Part shown: piece after piece, positions 48,794 through 57,658 of the stretch
Numbering within the stretch: the stretch's first letter is position 1
Layout of the letters: every line of letters starts with the position of its first letter
Source: a virus
Reading direction: 5' to 3' (one strand)
IMG/VR virus record: IMGVR_UViG_3300015370_000011
Coordinates: 1-64,000 of that record
DNA length: 64,000 bases
The notes under the pieces: model-generated
Database searches by the model: none
What the model saw: the letters and a program-made list of their open reading frames with translations, nothing else
Told to the model about the DNA's origin: nothing
Position numbers and translations under genes: made by a program

Positions 48794-49324
48794 TCAACGT
48801 ACTTTTTCTAACACGAAGTGTCTGCTATCTTTTATAGGAACTTGTCTGACTAGAACATTACTACTTATAAACTTATTCACAGCCTTTTTAACTTCCCAAT
48901 AATTGTAATCGTCCCCGACTAAGCATCCACCGGTTTTTACCTTGGTGACAAACATATTTAAATCATTCAAAACAAAAGCGTAAGAGTGATTACCATCAAT
49001 GTACACCCAATCAATGTATTCATCTTCAAACATATTTACTGCATTATGACTCATTTTTCTTATAATCGTTACATTACTACACAGATTAAATCGATTAATC
49101 ACGCTTCTGAAAACGGTATCCATATCCTCTTGATTTTTTGCTATTAATCCACCATAATATCTATCCGTGTACACGGGCATATACTCCCATGGGTCTATTA
49201 AAAACAATCGTTTTGGTTCCATTTCGTTCAATATTTGCTGGGAGAAACAACCATCCCATACCCCTATTTCGACGCATATAGGGTTTCTGACGTGATGTTT
49301 TAATATACCTTTCCTACAATCCAT
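48794..49324 (-). CDS. Class I methyltransferase (Methyltransf_24-like)
   Basis: VEIGVWDG, IDPW, YIDGNHSY, GDDY. Confidence 0.85.
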   Translation of the reverse strand: MDCRKGILKHHVRNPICVEIGVWDGCFSQQILNEMEPKRLFLIDPWEYMPVYTDRYYGGLIAKNQEDMDTVFRSVINRFNLCSNVTIIRKMSHNAVNMFEDEYIDWVYIDGNHSYAFVLNDLNMFVTKVKTGGCLVGDDYNYWEVKKAVNKFISSNVLVRQVPIKDSRHFVLEKVR

Positions 49325-49326
49325 TT

Positions 49327-50229
49327 CTACTCACCAAAAATTTGGACGAATCTATTTAAAATTCTGTTTTTGTCAGTATACCGAGTAGGTTTATTGTCTG
49401 TATACCAGGGTTGCGACAAACATTTTATATATAAATCTGGATCCGTATCTAATTGAACAACTCTATCAATAACGGCATCTATAGATCCATAATCGTAGTA
49501 ATTAACAAAACTCGTGGGATTAAAATCTTCATTAACCGCAGGATTTCCCCAATAGATAGATATACAATTAGCCAAAAAGTCGTGATATATACGCTCTGAA
49601 GTATATCCCAATGATTCTTCATTTTCAAACGAAATAACGAACTTATACTTGCTTAGAAAATCAATTTTTAAATCATATTTGCTATAGAAATCATTTCTCA
49701 AATGCTGATCTAATTCGGTAAGTGTCTTGACTCCCCCAATCATTGGTACATTGTTAAACACTCTTCCTGGGGCGTCCACCTGCTTATATCTAGACAGCCT
49801 CTTGAAAAATTTATTTCGAAACGTAACTGAACCATTGCTGCATATAAATGCGCAAAACTTTGTTTTGCTAGCTAGTATGCTAGCTGCATTATAGCTATTA
49901 GACTTAATTAGGTTTTCACCAGCACCCAAACGCACATAGTTTGGCATTCGCATATATCGATCATTATTCGTTTCTTCTTCTAAGGCAAAACTAAAAGCCC
50001 AGTCACATTCAGGCATTATTGGTTTTATATTCTCTGTTCCAAAAAAGATACTAGTATGCACATTTTTTATCATATGTCTTTGTTTATGCTTAGAATACAG
50101 AATATACTTCGGCTTTTCTTTTATAAATGTATATTTATCCATAATGTATTTCATGTTTTGAAAAAAAATATTACTATCAACTTTTGGATGCCATACCCAC
50201 GTAGCCATATCTATCGTTTTTCTATGCAT
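49327..50229 (-). CDS. GT10 alpha-1,3-fucosyltransferase-like (second paralog)
   Basis: YKFVISFEN...GYTSERI...IYWG; clearly similar to 45565..46455. Confidence 0.85.
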   Translation of the reverse strand: MHRKTIDMATWVWHPKVDSNIFFQNMKYIMDKYTFIKEKPKYILYSKHKQRHMIKNVHTSIFFGTENIKPIMPECDWAFSFALEEETNNDRYMRMPNYVRLGAGENLIKSNSYNAASILASKTKFCAFICSNGSVTFRNKFFKRLSRYKQVDAPGRVFNNVPMIGGVKTLTELDQHLRNDFYSKYDLKIDFLSKYKFVISFENEESLGYTSERIYHDFLANCISIYWGNPAVNEDFNPTSFVNYYDYGSIDAVIDRVVQLDTDPDLYIKCLSQPWYTDNKPTRYTDKNRILNRFVQIFGE

Positions 50230-50917
50230 AATGATATAGCTTCCAGTGAGAAAACTTGGATCTAGAATTAAGTAAATAAGGTTTCCTACCGCGAAGCCAT
50301 AAAAAGAATATGAAAGATCTATAGATTATTCTGTCGAAATCTATCAGTTTTTTAGATGGATGCTTAGTAGGATCATACCAAAGCTGCTTATCAGGTGCCT
50401 CTACAGGTAACAAGTCCTTTGATTTTGAGTTGGATATAAATGGTACCTCCACTAGCATATCAAATTCTTTTACATTAAATTCTCTAAAAATTTTTATTAG
50501 TTGGTTGGTAGCCAATCGGGTTTTATGACCACATCCATCATACCAAAAAAATTTTAATTTTTTACTTAGCAGATAAGCATCAAAATCAAAGGATGGTCCT
50601 TCAATAAACACAAAATCAGTAGCTGTATTTAAAGCAGATTTTATAGAATCTTTAATTCCTTGCAAACTATCCAAGTGCTCCAAAAAATGACTCATAGTAA
50701 CGAATCTGACTGATTTTCTGGGTAGCACAACTCTAGTAACGTCCCCACAAATGCATTGTATTCCGGAATCAGATAACCTTTTCGATAAATCCTTATTTAT
50801 TTCAATAGCAAGCCCATTCTTGCCGCCTAATTTTTTGCGCGCAAAATTTATACATCCCCCTCGACCGGACCCGAAGTCAATGAAATCACACCCTTTTAGT
50901 ATCTTTTGTATATTCAT
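50222..50917 (-). CDS. Class I SAM-dependent methyltransferase
   Basis: IDFGSGRGG, HFLEHL. Confidence 0.75.
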   Translation of the reverse strand: MNIQKILKGCDFIDFGSGRGGCINFARKKLGGKNGLAIEINKDLSKRLSDSGIQCICGDVTRVVLPRKSVRFVTMSHFLEHLDSLQGIKDSIKSALNTATDFVFIEGPSFDFDAYLLSKKLKFFWYDGCGHKTRLATNQLIKIFREFNVKEFDMLVEVPFISNSKSKDLLPVEAPDKQLWYDPTKHPSKKLIDFDRIIYRSFIFFLWLRGRKPYLLNSRSKFSHWKLYHYA

Positions 50918-51016
50918 GTGATATCACCACTAGAATCACCCAGTTAAATATGTTATAAGTACCTTTTTCATGCTAAAAAGTACCACGATTCATTCGCTAT
51001 ATATTAACGATTGTTT

Positions 51017-51931
51017 CTAATACGCAAGTAACACCGCCACTAATTGTCGGGTTGCGCTGTCCCAATTATATCTTTCTTGGCTTGCTGTTTTTAGCCCCTC
51101 TTTTATTAAATTTCTTCGTAATATTTTATCTCCAAGGACCCGTTTTATTCCAGCAGCGATTCCAGATACGGATCTTGGAACCCTAATTGCATTTATTTCA
51201 GGAACAATAAAATCCCTACTCCCCCCATCGTCAGTGCTAACAACAGTACAGCCGCACGCCATAGCTTCTAACGGGGGCATACTAAAACCCTCAACCTGCC
51301 CTGCGGAAACATAACAAGTGCATTTACTGTATAATCTGTACATTTGTTCCTGCGGGGTATTCAACCCTTCCATTTTCAATACTTTTACGCCTGGAAGTGA
51401 TTTGATAGCTTGTTCTATTAACATCGTTCCTTTCCACGGTCTACTCGATCCATAATAGAGCACATCATATTCTTTTACCACCATTGGTGCATACTTAAAA
51501 TGCTCCGGGTTGATACCGCCGGGAATAATGGGTATATCCCCATATTTAGGTAGAAACTTTTTTATGTAGGTAACTGTAAACGTAGAATTGGCAAGTAATG
51601 TAAATCCGGCCTTCAATGCTTTTACTGGTATTGTTGGCTCTTTGTACAGAGCTTCTGGAGCGAGTACCCAGAAGAATTTTTTAGTTGCGTTAGCTTTTGA
51701 AGCCCACATATACTGATCAGCTAAATTAAATATAACTGCATCATAGGATGTTTGTACGAGCTTAGACAATTTCTTTACTGGTGCTGTACAAGATAACCAT
51801 TTACACGGTGCTCCAGTCGGCGTGTAAATCGTAACCTGATGTCCGAATAAAATCAATCTATTGGCTGATTCAATAATTCGGCGGATTCCTCCACAGAGAT
51901 GCAGCCCTGGTTCTATAAATGCTATATTCAT
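51017..51931 (-). CDS. Glycosyltransferase family 4
   Basis: GG, KG, EGFSMPPLEAMACG. Confidence 0.9.
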   Translation of the reverse strand: MNIAFIEPGLHLCGGIRRIIESANRLILFGHQVTIYTPTGAPCKWLSCTAPVKKLSKLVQTSYDAVIFNLADQYMWASKANATKKFFWVLAPEALYKEPTIPVKALKAGFTLLANSTFTVTYIKKFLPKYGDIPIIPGGINPEHFKYAPMVVKEYDVLYYGSSRPWKGTMLIEQAIKSLPGVKVLKMEGLNTPQEQMYRLYSKCTCYVSAGQVEGFSMPPLEAMACGCTVVSTDDGGSRDFIVPEINAIRVPRSVSGIAAGIKRVLGDKILRRNLIKEGLKTASQERYNWDSATRQLVAVLLAY

Positions 51932-52929
51932 TGAATCGCCAGTTTTAGTACGCCTTCAAACTTAGAAATCGTATCATCCCATGTAAATCTTTTAGCTAAA
52001 TCAAATCCGTTTTCCGATAATTTACTATATAATTTTTTATCATTCAATAGCGTCTTGATTGTTTCCGCCGCTTGAACCTTGTTAGATATTATCATACAAT
52101 TTTTTTCGTGTATCAAATATTCTTCTAATCCTCTACTTGGATACCAGATAACAGGAACACCACAAGCCATTGCTTCTAGTATAGGCAGGCCAAAACCTTC
52201 ATTTATAGATGTAGAAATCCAAAGGTGGCATGCATTGTAAATTAGTGGTAACATCGCTTGTGGTGGGTTTGATATTATCGAATAAGGTAGACATAGCGTA
52301 TCAAACATAGGAACGTTTTCTACGCTAGAACCGCCGAAGAGTATGCAATATGGCCTGATCTTTTTCTTCGTGACCAATTTTGAGATCGTATTTATAAATA
52401 GATTAATATTTTTTTCGGGGGCTGGGTGATACAATGTACCAATTGTTACTACTGGGCTCTTACTCACAGGTTGCACACGAAACGCAGAATCAATCCCAGG
52501 AGGGATTGTAAACACTTTTGTATGTCCCAGTTTTGAAGCAATATCAGATAGCCATTTAGAAGTAGCAATCACGGCTGTATAGTTTTTTGCAATCGTATCC
52601 ATTTCAGTAACAATACGCTGAGATCCAAACCCTTGTAAGAATAAGATATGTCTACTCGCTTCTGGAATACCAATATGCTTTTCATCCGCATAATGAATAA
52701 GGATATCCACTGGATCATACTTTTCATCCGGAGTAGTTAAATCATATAGTTTGAAGTGTGGATCTGATCTAAACCACGGAATTAGCTTTTCTTGGTATTT
52801 ATGTAGAAAAACGGATACGGAATACCCACGCTGACCTAGCATGTCAGCGATGGTGAATATTACCTTGGTCCCTCCGCTTATGCGCGCATGTGGGCAAAGA
52901 AAACCGATTCTCATTTCCTGGTACTCCAA
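51928..52929 (-). CDS. Glycosyltransferase family 4
   Basis: SGG, EKN, EGFGLPILEAMACG; true start possibly MRIGFL. Confidence 0.9.
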   Translation of the reverse strand: MEYQEMRIGFLCPHARISGGTKVIFTIADMLGQRGYSVSVFLHKYQEKLIPWFRSDPHFKLYDLTTPDEKYDPVDILIHYADEKHIGIPEASRHILFLQGFGSQRIVTEMDTIAKNYTAVIATSKWLSDIASKLGHTKVFTIPPGIDSAFRVQPVSKSPVVTIGTLYHPAPEKNINLFINTISKLVTKKKIRPYCILFGGSSVENVPMFDTLCLPYSIISNPPQAMLPLIYNACHLWISTSINEGFGLPILEAMACGVPVIWYPSRGLEEYLIHEKNCMIISNKVQAAETIKTLLNDKKLYSKLSENGFDLAKRFTWDDTISKFEGVLKLAIQ

Positions 52930-53540
52930 TACAATTTTTTAGCACACTCTCGTTCTTTTTCTATATCTATTTTGGAGGCTTTTACACTCGCTTCTCCATG
53001 ATGGAATACAAATGCGTCCTGCCTCCAATAAGAGTAAAAACCGTGCGTGGTTGCCCGATCAATTAAATCACTTTCTTGCCCATACAATGTATACCTTTCG
53101 TCGAATCCGTTAAGTAAATCCCATATGGATTTTTTGAATAGGATGCAAAATCCGCTTATTGGGTTTTTCATTTTTATTACTTTACCACGATGTTTTTCAG
53201 ATTCCTGATAGGTAGAAACCCCTCGCTGGGGGCTGTGGCACATATTCGTGGATGGCCCTATGAATCCACAATCTTGTATAGAAATGCTTGATTCGTACAT
53301 TCTCTCTAGCCAATGGGGATAAGCTTCCGTATCATTATTCAATAGGCATATAAAAGTACAGGGACTAGCCTTGATAAGCCCGTTCCAAGCTTGCGTAAGA
53401 GTCAATCCACTATTGTAATTATCAAAAAAGGTAAGTAGGTATGGATGAACAGTATTCTTTCTAACCGCCTTTAGACAGGCTATTTCCTTGTCTGGAAGAG
53501 CGTATCCGATAACTATGATGTTAACGGTTGCTGGATGCAC
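52911..53540 (-). CDS. Glycosyltransferase family 2
   Basis: AWN, LLNNDT, GFDE...YGQESD, HHG. Confidence 0.85.
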   Translation of the reverse strand: MHPATVNIIVIGYALPDKEIACLKAVRKNTVHPYLLTFFDNYNSGLTLTQAWNGLIKASPCTFICLLNNDTEAYPHWLERMYESSISIQDCGFIGPSTNMCHSPQRGVSTYQESEKHRGKVIKMKNPISGFCILFKKSIWDLLNGFDERYTLYGQESDLIDRATTHGFYSYWRQDAFVFHHGEASVKASKIDIEKERECAKKLYWSTRK

Positions 53541-54034
53541 GGGCCAATTCCTTTTATCGCTTCTTTCTCATATTTAGTCAGGGTTGTCTGATCAATAGTA
53601 GCTAAGGCTAACCTAGCCAGACCATATGCGTCAACCTGATTATCATCTTTAAGTGTTTCGGATCCAATTCCCCATTTTCTAAATACCTGTTCTAATACTA
53701 CATTTTTGTTCGCATTTCCTTTTCCAGTCACGAACTTCTTTAGCACTGTTGGCGGAACGTCATAATAGGGGATCCCGGATAGATATAGTTGGCGTCTAAT
53801 AATGCCACCTAATTCACCTAAACTAAATACTGCTCTGCCGCGAGCACCGAACCCATAACCTTCGATACATACTACATCTATGTCTTTGAGTAGTGCCTGA
53901 ATAGCTGTTTCTATCTCAAGTAGTCTAGGAATACCCTTTGTTTTAGAGGAAATTGTAGAAACGTACATAAGGGTAGTGCTGGACAGAATACATACCCCTG
54001 TTCCAGTTAGGCTTGGATCGATTCCTAGTAGCAT
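53513..54034 (-). CDS. ruvC: RuvC-like Holliday junction resolvase
   Basis: LGIDPS..GTG, CIEG, P..LKKFVTGKGNANK, DNQVDA. Confidence 0.9.
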   Translation of the reverse strand: MLLGIDPSLTGTGVCILSSTTLMYVSTISSKTKGIPRLLEIETAIQALLKDIDVVCIEGYGFGARGRAVFSLGELGGIIRRQLYLSGIPYYDVPPTVLKKFVTGKGNANKNVVLEQVFRKWGIGSETLKDDNQVDAYGLARLALATIDQTTLTKYEKEAIKGIGPCIQQPLTS

Positions 54035-54040
54035 TGTGGT

Positions 54041-54607
54041 TTACTCTTTTATTCCAAAAACTGGAATATATTGAGGATCCGTACTACATGGAGGTAGGCT
54101 TAGCACGTCTAGAATATCAGCGAATTCTTGCGGATAGTCATACGTATACACATCTGAAGTGATCAAGAACTTAAGAAACGAAAATAGCCTTTCAGGTGTA
54201 ATCGATCCATTCGATGTCGTATTGTCACAGAACGAATACGAACTAACTTCCTCTTTTCCCAAATTCAAATCTGCTATAGAAAAGTCTATTCTTGCTGATT
54301 TAAACGGGTAAAATATTTTATGGATCTCAGGTAGTTTAACTTCTTTTACTGGAGATACCAGACGATAGCAAACACTCTGTTGAGCTAGCGTAGATGTAGT
54401 TACCACCAACCTTAGCGCGGTAGATCCGCTTTTTGATATGAGCAATGCCCCGCGTTGCTCCTGCTCAGATGATCCTTCACTTAAGATCGGTAGTTCATTA
54501 TATTGATCTATCCCGTCCCAAAGAACAGTATTCGCGAATAGCAAAGAATTCAAGAATTCTATTATATACCGCTTCGTTACTATCAGCATATGTTTTTTGG
54601 CGTCCAT
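54041..54607 (-). CDS. Hypothetical protein
   Basis: GGAGG SD; intact ORF in the operon. Confidence 0.55.
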   Translation of the reverse strand: MDAKKHMLIVTKRYIIEFLNSLLFANTVLWDGIDQYNELPILSEGSSEQEQRGALLISKSGSTALRLVVTTSTLAQQSVCYRLVSPVKEVKLPEIHKIFYPFKSARIDFSIADLNLGKEEVSSYSFCDNTTSNGSITPERLFSFLKFLITSDVYTYDYPQEFADILDVLSLPPCSTDPQYIPVFGIKE

Positions 54608-54610
54608 TGA

Positions 54611-54925
54611 CTATACCTCCATGCAAGCAACTTGTACAGGATCTTTGTCGTATAGTTCTACTATATCATGCATTTTTTTAATTATGGTAGTTACTTTTGA
54701 ATCTAGATCTGCAAGGATATCCAATATAGAATTATCTTTTTTAGTAAGTTTAGCTTTTTCTATCAGGATTTGTCTAAAGTATCCACGCATGACTGCTCCG
54801 ATATCCGCATAATAGTATTTATTTATCCAATTGTTTGCTTCTTTTATTTCCAGTACAAAACAAGTCGCAGATACAGAAATCCTATATTTGGCATCTAGCT
54901 CAACCAATGGGATATACTTTAGCAT
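54611..54925 (-). CDS. Hypothetical protein
   Basis: Intact ORF in the operon. Confidence 0.55.
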   Translation of the reverse strand: MLKYIPLVELDAKYRISVSATCFVLEIKEANNWINKYYYADIGAVMRGYFRQILIEKAKLTKKDNSILDILADLDSKVTTIIKKMHDIVELYDKDPVQVACMEV

Positions 54926-54945
54926 GTTTTTTACTACTTTGACAA

Positions 54946-55365
54946 TTATCTTCTCGGAAATGGAATAGTTCTATTTATATTTTCCAAATCGCCTGTGGTA
55001 GCAATTGAAATATTGGCTCTTGCAGCCTTCCACTTCTCTACAGCACCATAATACGATTGGTATAGGCGGTTATTTTCAGCACAGGTCTCCATCCCATTTA
55101 CACATTCTATCTCACCCACAGGCTCAACAGCGGTTACTGCATCCATGTACAGATTTTTTTGTGGCGTGTCTCCAGGGTACACGGGTCCTAAGACAGCAAC
55201 TTGCATTCCAGGGGTGTCAGGATGCTCCATCGACATTAGACTTCGAGCATCAATAAGCTTTAGCTTTCCACCCTTTTCCCAGGATTCAAAATCTTCTTTT
55301 GTTGTTTTTCCTAACCAAAGGATTCCAAAAGTAGTTGTTACAACAACGAACAGTACTGATTCCAT
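54946..55365 (-). CDS. Hypothetical protein
   Basis: AGGAGGT SD; TGATG overlap with the GT gene. Confidence 0.55.
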   Translation of the reverse strand: MESVLFVVVTTTFGILWLGKTTKEDFESWEKGGKLKLIDARSLMSMEHPDTPGMQVAVLGPVYPGDTPQKNLYMDAVTAVEPVGEIECVNGMETCAENNRLYQSYYGAVEKWKAARANISIATTGDLENINRTIPFPRR

Positions 55366-56375
55366 CAGACACCTCCTACGATTTCATCAATCGCGGTTTT
55401 CCACAGTTTGTAATTCTTTCGCATGTCAAAGTGCTCTTTTACAAATGCTTGTGCATTTTTTAGTAGTGTATTTTTATACGCCTTGTCCTCTATTACGGAC
55501 ATTACCGCAGCGTACCAATCCCGGTTATCCGAAATAAGTATACCTGTTTCATTGTTTATAATTGTATCTTTGTATGGTCCGAAATCAGACGCGACGGTGA
55601 CCATCCCTTGCATTGTATACTCTAAAAATTTTAAATTTGATTTGCTTCGGTTGAACGGAACCGTCGTCAGGGGCGCTAATCCCACATCACCATCCATCTG
55701 AGAAAACATTTGATAAAACGATTCGAACGTAACTAATGGTATCGTGTACGCTCCGGGAATATCAAATATCGGTTTATTGTTTTTGTCGAAGCCGCACCAC
55801 ATCTTTAACATAATGTCCTTATTTTTACCTAGCTTATAGAAGCAATCCTGCATTATTTTTAGATCATTTGAATGCGTTAGGGATCCCTGCCAACATACGA
55901 CAGGTTTAGCTGAATTTCTGGGGGATGGGGTAAAGAAATCTAAATCAAGTGAATTCGGTAGAACGTAAACCTTTTTACAGTATTTGCGATATACAGCAGC
56001 TAACGCTTCTGTAGTTACAAAGACAGCATCAACTAATTCTAGAAAAGCTCTTATACCCCTTTGCACACCCGCAGCACTAAGCGTAGTGTGTGCGGTATTC
56101 CATTCGGGGATATGAAACAAATCATCATCCACCTCATAAATCAGCTTTGATCCGGCTTCCTTCATTTTTACAACAGGACCAAAGACATCTGGTTTATATT
56201 GTCTTTGTAAGATTACCACATCATATTTTCCTATCTGCGTCGTGTCAAGTCTACCAGAAATAGTTACGTGGTATTCATCTTGGTGTTGCATAGCTAAATG
56301 CCCAAACGGACAATGCAGGCGATAATACCAGCATGCCGCACGGTCCCCACGATATGCAATTACATTAATCGGCAT
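55365..56375 (-). CDS. GT-B glycosyltransferase (GT4-like), first gene of the leftward unit
   Basis: YYRL..P, LQR, YEVDDD, PNS, GS.TH..D, APL...FNRSKSNLKFLEY. Confidence 0.85.
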   Translation of the reverse strand: MPINVIAYRGDRAACWYYRLHCPFGHLAMQHQDEYHVTISGRLDTTQIGKYDVVILQRQYKPDVFGPVVKMKEAGSKLIYEVDDDLFHIPEWNTAHTTLSAAGVQRGIRAFLELVDAVFVTTEALAAVYRKYCKKVYVLPNSLDLDFFTPSPRNSAKPVVCWQGSLTHSNDLKIMQDCFYKLGKNKDIMLKMWCGFDKNNKPIFDIPGAYTIPLVTFESFYQMFSQMDGDVGLAPLTTVPFNRSKSNLKFLEYTMQGMVTVASDFGPYKDTIINNETGILISDNRDWYAAVMSVIEDKAYKNTLLKNAQAFVKEHFDMRKNYKLWKTAIDEIVGGV

Positions 56376-56401
56376 GCGTTCTCCCTGTAGGTTCTGGGCA
56401 T

Positions 56402-56414
56402 ATTATACTACAAA
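56402..56414 (-). promoter_or_regulatory. Leftward -10 promoter motif TTTGTAGTATAAT
   Basis: Identical 13-mer at 16034-16046; lies just upstream of the GGGAG SD of 55365..56375. Confidence 0.6.
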
Positions 56415-56499
56415 TAGAATCTACACAAAAAGTAAAAATGGAACCTACACAAAGAGTAATGTCGTAACACGATTATACATATTCGTGGCAATGTCTGCG

Positions 56500-56950
56500 A
56501 TCAGACACAGACACAGAAGCAGACACAGAAGCAGATGCAGCATCAGACACAGACTCATTAAAAGGAGTCATTAAAGGAGTCATTAAGAGGATCCTTTTAA
56601 TGAGTCATTATAAGTATTCTTATTGTATGATAAAAAGATCTTAATTAAAAAGAATAAGAAATACTCATAAGGACTTCGTATATAAATGCAGCTAAGTATC
56701 TGATTTATATGATAAATTCGTGTTCATTAGTCAAAGTGAATTTTTTAAAATCGACAATTTTTTGGTATCGTTTTTTCGTGTTTCCTTATTTTTCAACCAC
56801 TTATGATACCATTTTCGGAGCATTTTTCAGAAAAGATAAGCTTCTCAGATAATGCTTTGATTACATTAGGAAATTCGTCTTACAGAAACCAAACTGATTT
56901 TTCCTTAGCGTTTTTTACTAAGGTTAACAAGATAACTGCATGATTAATAA
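56500..56950. other. Putative replication origin/control region (hexamer repeats, iteron-like repeats, 15-bp palindrome, IHF-like sites, AT-rich)
   Basis: CAGACA/CAGAAG run at 56502-56555; three (A/G)TCATTAA..GG repeats; inverted repeat 56552-56566 / 56592-56606; strand switch of gene orientation. Confidence 0.55.
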
Positions 56951-57055
56951 CGCTTTCTTAAATATAGAAAAAGTTAAACTTGTGTTGGTTTATTTTTTAC
57001 ACAGCGTATGTGAATTCTATGTATGTCGTATAATAGAAGGTTAGGAGGTGTTACA

Positions 57056-57646
57056 ATGGCAAAGTCCAAGAAAGATAAACAAGTGAAGGCTGTTCCTACG
57101 CAGTATGATAAAGCAAAACTAGTTGAAAAGGTAGCGAAAAAGTTGATTCCCAGGTATCATCCACATCTGATCAACTCGAAGATAGCGTACTTGTACAAGA
57201 ATAAAGAGATTACGAGGAATGGAAAAAAGACATTAGCAACAGCTGAGAAGTGTTCCCCAAAGGTAAAAGCCCTTACAGATTATGATTTCATCATCACTGT
57301 TGCTTATCCAGACTATAGAGATCTTACGGATCGTCAAAGAGTAGCTGTAATCGATCATGAGCTTGAACATTGTTTTGTAGAAGATGGAGAAGATGGAGAA
57401 ACAAAGATAAAGATGCTACCGCATGATTTTGAGGAATTTGGAGATATCATACGCAGACATGGTTTATGGCAACCAGATCTTCAGGAACTTGGAAGGGTGG
57501 TTGAAACGACTAAGGATGTGGATCCAGTTGAGGTAGCTTTGATGGAAGATAACGAATCAGAGGATGCTGAGGATGATACTGTTGAAGAAGAGGATGTGGA
57601 AGATGCTGCGGAACAAGACGAAGAATTTTTGAGTGTCGATGAATAG
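57056..57646 (+). CDS. Putative phage metallopeptidase with acidic tail
   Basis: AGGAGGTG SD before ATG 57056; IDHELEH, PHDFEEF..IIRRHGLW; TATAAT at 57029-57034. Confidence 0.75.
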   Translation: MAKSKKDKQVKAVPTQYDKAKLVEKVAKKLIPRYHPHLINSKIAYLYKNKEITRNGKKTLATAEKCSPKVKALTDYDFIITVAYPDYRDLTDRQRVAVIDHELEHCFVEDGEDGETKIKMLPHDFEEFGDIIRRHGLWQPDLQELGRVVETTKDVDPVEVALMEDNESEDAEDDTVEEEDVEDAAEQDEEFLSVDE

Positions 57647-57658
57647 CATTACCATGTC

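Noticed and set aside
37196-53540. Ordinary bacterial O-antigen or capsule locus
   Set aside because: No flippase, polymerase, chain-length regulator, ABC exporter or initiating transferase, and it is coupled to phage-type helicase and RuvC genes on both sides.
984-55701. Numerous plus-strand ORFs in the track opposite the minus-strand genes (and minus-strand ORFs after 58.6 kb)
   Set aside because: They are antisense shadows of well-supported genes, with no motifs or SD sites; 23454..23978 simply mirrors the charged repeat.
56374-56574. 66-aa plus-strand ORF with RHRHRSRH
   Set aside because: The translation is a by-product of the hexamer DNA repeats, overlaps the leftward promoter and has no SD.
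56500-56610. CRISPR array or mini-array
   Set aside because: Repeats are 6-13 bp and adjacent, with no unique spacers; no cas genes are visible.
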